Source: Bugula neritina (lineage: Eukaryota > Animalia > Bryozoa). From it: 64,000 nucleotides of DNA. Both the position numbers and the translations under genes were made by a program. Where the stretch lies: NCBI GenBank assembly GCA_964035545.1, contig OZ037767.1:32354042-32418041 (forward strand). The letters run 5' to 3'. Each line of letters opens with the position of its first letter. The first letter of the stretch is position 1. The notes beneath the pieces were generated by a model. The model made no database searches, was not told the origin of the DNA, and was given only the letters and a program-made list of their open reading frames with translations. Shown here piece by piece: positions 59,513 to 64,000 of this stretch.

Positions 59513-62500
59513 GGGTTTTGGGGTTTGGGTTTTGGGGTTTGGGTTTTGGGGTTTGGGGTTTGGGTTTTGGGGTTTGGGTTTTGGGGTTTGGGTTTTGGGG
59601 TTTGGGGTTTGGGTTTTGGGGTTTGGGGTTTGGGTTTGGGGTTTGGGGTTTGGGGTTTGGGGTTTGGGGTTTGGGGTTTGGGGTTTGGGGTTTGGGGTTT
59701 GGGGTTTGGGGTTTGGGGTTTGGGGTTTGGGGTTTGGGGTTTGGGGTTTGGGGTTTGGGGTTTGGGGTTTGGGGTTTGGGGTTTGGGGTTTGGGGTTTGG
59801 GGTTTGGGGTTTGGGGTTTGGGGTTTGGGGTTTGGGGTTTGGGGTTTGGGGTTTGGGGTTTGGGGTTTGGGGTTTGGGGTTTGGGGTTTGGGGTTTGGGG
59901 TTTGGGGTTTGGGGTTTGGGGTTTGGGGTTTGGGGTTTGGGGTTTGGGGTTTGGGGTTTGGGGTTTGGGGTTTGGGGTTTGGGGTTTGGGGTTTGGGGTT
60001 TGGGGTTTGGGGTTTGGGGTTTGGGGTTTGGGGTTTGGGGTTTGGGGTTTGGGGTTTGGGGTTTGGGGTTTGGGGTTTGGGGTTTGGGGTTTGGGGTTTG
60101 GGGTTTGGGGTTTGGGGTTTGGGGTTTGGGGTTTGGGGTTTGGGGTTTGGGGTTTGGGGTTTGGGGTTTGGGGTTTGGGGTTTGGGGTTTGGGGTTTGGG
60201 GTTTGGGGTTTGGGGTTTGGGGTTTGGGGTTTGGGGTTTGGGGTTTGGGGTTTGGGGTTTGGGGTTTGGGGTTTGGGGTTTGGGGTTTGGGGTTTGGGGT
60301 TTGGGGTTTGGGGTTTGGGGTTTGGGGTTTGGGGTTTGGGGTTTGGGGTTTGGGGTTTGGGGTTTGGGGTTTGGGGTTTGGGGTTTGGGGTTTGGGGTTT
60401 GGGGTTTGGGGTTTGGGGTTTGGGGTTTGGGGTTTGGGGTTTGGGGTTTGGGGTTTGGGGTTTGGGGTTTGGGGTTTGGGGTTTGGGGTTTGGGGTTTGG
60501 GGTTTGGGGTTTGGGGTTTGGGGTTTGGGGTTTGGGGTTTGGGGTTTGGGGTTTGGGGTTTGGGGTTTGGGGTTTGGGGTTTGGGGTTTGGGGTTTGGGG
60601 TTTGGGGTTTGGGGTTTGGGGTTTGGGGTTTGGGGTTTGGGGTTTGGGGTTTGGGGTTTGGGGTTTGGGGTTTGGGGTTTGGGGTTTGGGGTTTGGGGTT
60701 TGGGGTTTGGGGTTTGGGGTTTGGGGTTTGGGGTTTGGGGTTTGGGGTTTGGGGTTTGGGGTTTGGGGTTTGGGGTTTGGGGTTTGGGGTTTGGGGTTTG
60801 GGGTTTGGGGTTTGGGGTTTGGGGTTTGGGGTTTGGGGTTTGGGGTTTGGGGTTTGGGGTTTGGGGTTTGGGGTTTGGGGTTTGGGGTTTGGGGTTTGGG
60901 GTTTGGGGTTTGGGGTTTGGGGTTTGGGGTTTGGGGTTTGGGGTTTGGGGTTTGGGGTTTGGGGTTTGGGGTTTGGGGTTTGGGGTTTGGGGTTTGGGGT
61001 TTGGGGTTTGGGGTTTGGGGTTTGGGGTTTGGGGTTTGGGGTTTGGGGTTTGGGGTTTGGGGTTTGGGGTTTGGGGTTTGGGGTTTGGGGTTTGGGGTTT
61101 GGGGTTTGGGGTTTGGGGTTTGGGGTTTGGGGTTTGGGGTTTGGGGTTTGGGGTTTGGGGTTTGGGGTTTGGGGTTTGGGGTTTGGGGTTTGGGGTTTGG
61201 GGTTTGGGGTTTGGGGTTTGGGGTTTGGGGTTTGGGGTTTGGGGTTTGGGGTTTGGGGTTTGGGGTTTGGGGTTTGGGGTTTGGGGTTTGGGGTTTGGGG
61301 TTTGGGGTTTGGGGTTTGGGGTTTGGGGTTTGGGGTTTGGGGTTTGGGGTTTGGGGTTTGGGGTTTGGGGTTTGGGGTTTGGGGTTTGGGGTTTGGGGTT
61401 TGGGGTTTGGGGTTTGGGGTTTGGGGTTTGGGGTTTGGGGTTTGGGGTTTGGGGTTTGGGGTTTGGGGTTTGGGGTTTGGGGTTTGGGGTTTGGGGTTTG
61501 GGGTTTGGGGTTTGGGGTTTGGGGTTTGGGGTTTGGGGTTTGGGGTTTGGGGTTTGGGGTTTGGGGTTTGGGGTTTGGGGTTTGGGGTTTGGGGTTTGGG
61601 GTTTGGGGTTTGGGGTTTGGGGTTTGGGGTTTGGGGTTTGGGGTTTGGGGTTTGGGGTTTGGGGTTTGGGGTTTGGGGTTTGGGGTTTGGGGTTTGGGGT
61701 TTGGGGTTTGGGGTTTGGGGTTTGGGGTTTGGGGTTTGGGGTTTGGGGTTTGGGGTTTGGGGTTTGGGGTTTGGGGTTTGGGGTTTGGGGTTTGGGGTTT
61801 GGGGTTTGGGGTTTGGGGTTTGGGGTTTGGGGTTTGGGGTTTGGGGTTTGGGGTTTGGGGTTTGGGGTTTGGGGTTTGGGGTTTGGGGTTTGGGGTTTGG
61901 GGTTTGGGGTTTGGGGTTTGGGGTTTGGGGTTTGGGGTTTGGGGTTTGGGGTTTGGGGTTTGGGGTTTGGGGTTTGGGGTTTGGGGTTTGGGGTTTGGGG
62001 TTTGGGGTTTGGGGTTTGGGGTTTGGGGTTTGGGGTTTGGGGTTTGGGGTTTGGGGTTTGGGGTTTGGGGTTTGGGGTTTGGGGTTTGGGGTTGGGGTTT
62101 GGGGTTTGGGGTTTGGGGTTTGGGGTTTGGGGTTTGGGGTTTGGGGTTTGGGGTTTGGGGTTTGGGGTTTGGGGTTTGGGGTTTGGGGTTTGGGGTTTGG
62201 GGTTTGGGGTTTGGGGTTTGGGGTTTGGGGTTTGGGGTTTGGGGTTTGGGGTTTGGGGTTGGGGTTTGGGGTTTGGGGTTTGGGGTTTGGGGTTTGGGGT
62301 TTGGGGTTTGGGGTTTGGGGTTTGGGGTTTGGGGTTTGGGGTTTGGGGGTTTGGGGTTTGGGGTTTGGGGTTTGGGGTTTGGGGTTTGGGGTTTGGGGTT
62401 TGGGGTTTGGGGTTTGGGGTTTGGGGTTTGGGGTTTGGGGTTTGGGGTTTGGGGGTTGGGGTTTGGGGTTTGGGGTTTGGGGTTTGGGTTTGGGGTTTGG

Positions 62501-64000
62501 GGTGGTTGGGGTTTGGGGTTTGGGGTTTGGGGTTGGGGTTTGGGGTTTGGGGTTTGGGGTTTGGGGTTTGGGGTTTGGGTTGGGGTTTGGGGTGTGGGGT
62601 TGGGGTTTGGGGTTTGGGGTTTGGGGTTTGGGGTGGGGTTTGGGGTTTGGGGGTTTGGGGGTTTGGGGTTGGGGGTTGGGGGGTTGGGGTTTGGGGTTTG
62701 GGTTGGGGTGGGGGTTTGGGGTTTGGGGTTTGGGGTTTGGGGTTTGGGGGGTTTGGGGTGGGGGGGTTGGGGTTTGGGGTTTGGGGTTTGGGGTTTGGGG
62801 TTTGGGGGGTTTGGGGTTGGGGGGGTTTGGGGTTTGGGGTTTGGGGTTTGGGGTGGGGTGTGGGGTTTGGGGTTTGGGGTTGGGGTGGGTGGGGTTGGGG
62901 GGGTTTGGGGTTTGGGGTTTGGGGTTTGGGGTTTGGGGGTTGGGGTTTGGGGTTTGGGGTTGGGGGTGGGGGGGTTTGGGGTTTGGGGTTTGGGGGTTTG
63001 GGGGTTGGGGTTGGGGTTTGGGGTTTGGGGTTTGGGGTTTGGGGTTTGGGGTTGGGGTTTGGGGTGGTGGGGTTTGGGGTTTGGGGTTGGGTGGGGTTGG
63101 GGTTTGGGGTTTGGGGTTTGGGGTTGGGGTTTGGGGTTTGGGGTTTGGGGTTTGGGGTTTGGGGGGGGTTGGGGTTTGGGGGTTTGGGGTTTGGGGGTTG
63201 GGGTGTGGGGGTTTGGGGTTTGGGGGTTTGGGGTTTGGGGTTTGGGGGTTGGGGTTTGGGGGTTTGGGGTTTGGGGGTTTGGGGTTTGGGGTTGGGGTTG
63301 GGGTGGGGTGTGGGGGGGTTGGGGTGGGTGGGGTTGGGGGTTTGGGGGGGTTGGGGTTTGGGGTTGGGGTTTGGGGTGGGTGGGGGTTGGGGGGGGGGGT
63401 GGGTTGGGGGGTGGGTGGGGTTGGGGTGGGGGGGTGGGGTTGGGGGTGGGGTGGGGGGGGTTGGGGGGGGTTGGGGGGGTGGGGGTTGGGGGGTTGGGGT
63501 TGGGGGGTTGGGGTTGGGGGGTGGGGGGTGGGGGGGTGGGGGTGGGGGTTGGGGGGGGGGGGGTGGTGGGGGTGTGGGGTTGGGGGGGGGTTGGGGGTGG
63601 GGGGTGGGGGTGGGGGGGGTGGGGGGGGGGGGGTGGGGGGTTGGGGGGGGGGGGGGGGGGGGTGGGGGGTGGTGGGGGGGTGGGGTGGGGGGGTGGGGGG
63701 TGGGGGGGGTGGGGGGGTGGGGGGTGGGGGGGGGTGGGGTGGGGGGGGTGGGGGTTGGGGGGGGGGGGGGTGGGGGGTGGGGGGGGTGGGGGGGGGGGTG
63801 TGGGGGTGGGGGGTGGGGTTGGGGGGGGGGGTGGGGGGGGGGGGGGGTGGGGGGGTGGGGTGGGGGGGGGGGTGGGGGGGTGGGGGGTGGGGGGTGTGGG
63901 GGTGGGGGGGGTGGGGGGGGGGGGGGGGGGTGGGGGGGGGTTTGGGGGGGGGGGGGGGGGTTTGGGGTTTGGGGTTTGGGGTTTGGGGTTTGGGGTTTGG
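59513..64000 (+). repeat. Telomeric array (TTTGGGG)n, G-rich strand running 5'->3' to the sequence end
   Basis: Perfect 7-mer for ~2.45 kb (59638-62090), variant units proximally, increasingly G-degenerate distally; correct polarity for a right chromosome end. Confidence 0.96.

Noticed and set aside
62090-64000. Distal drift to G-rich, poly-G-like sequence as a biological variant zone
   Set aside because: Progressive homopolymer degeneration at a contig end followed by a perfect last 40 bp is typical of low-coverage long-read error; needs raw reads.

Overview
Terminal 64 kb of an animal chromosome; spliceosomal GT-AG genes and no prokaryotic features. It ends in a ~4.5 kb (TTTGGGG)n telomere, a motif I recall from cheilostome bryozoans (organism assignment is unverified inference). 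From proximal to distal: (1) a 5'-truncated BRWD3/PHIP-type WD40-Tudor-double-bromodomain gene (+, ~31 exons, to 21098). Most of its introns carry their own unrelated minisatellite, several made by tandem duplication of the exon/intron junction, and one holds a mariner derivative with two 3' ends. (2) An intronless cytochrome-b5-fused front-end desaturase (-) with fungal/plant delta-8 sphingolipid desaturase-like motifs. (3) A GM2-activator-like gene (-) present twice through a segmental duplication. (4) Degenerate RTE LINE remains and a C2H2 zinc-finger pseudogene split by a MITE. (5) A 2.2 kb CAGTCT satellite and older duplicated blocks with a 301-bp identical tract. (6) An RTE insertion with a 74-bp target duplication. 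(7) A near-intact Gypsy element cut inside gag and capped directly by telomeric repeats, i.e. apparent de novo telomere addition. All coordinates and alignments were done by eye.
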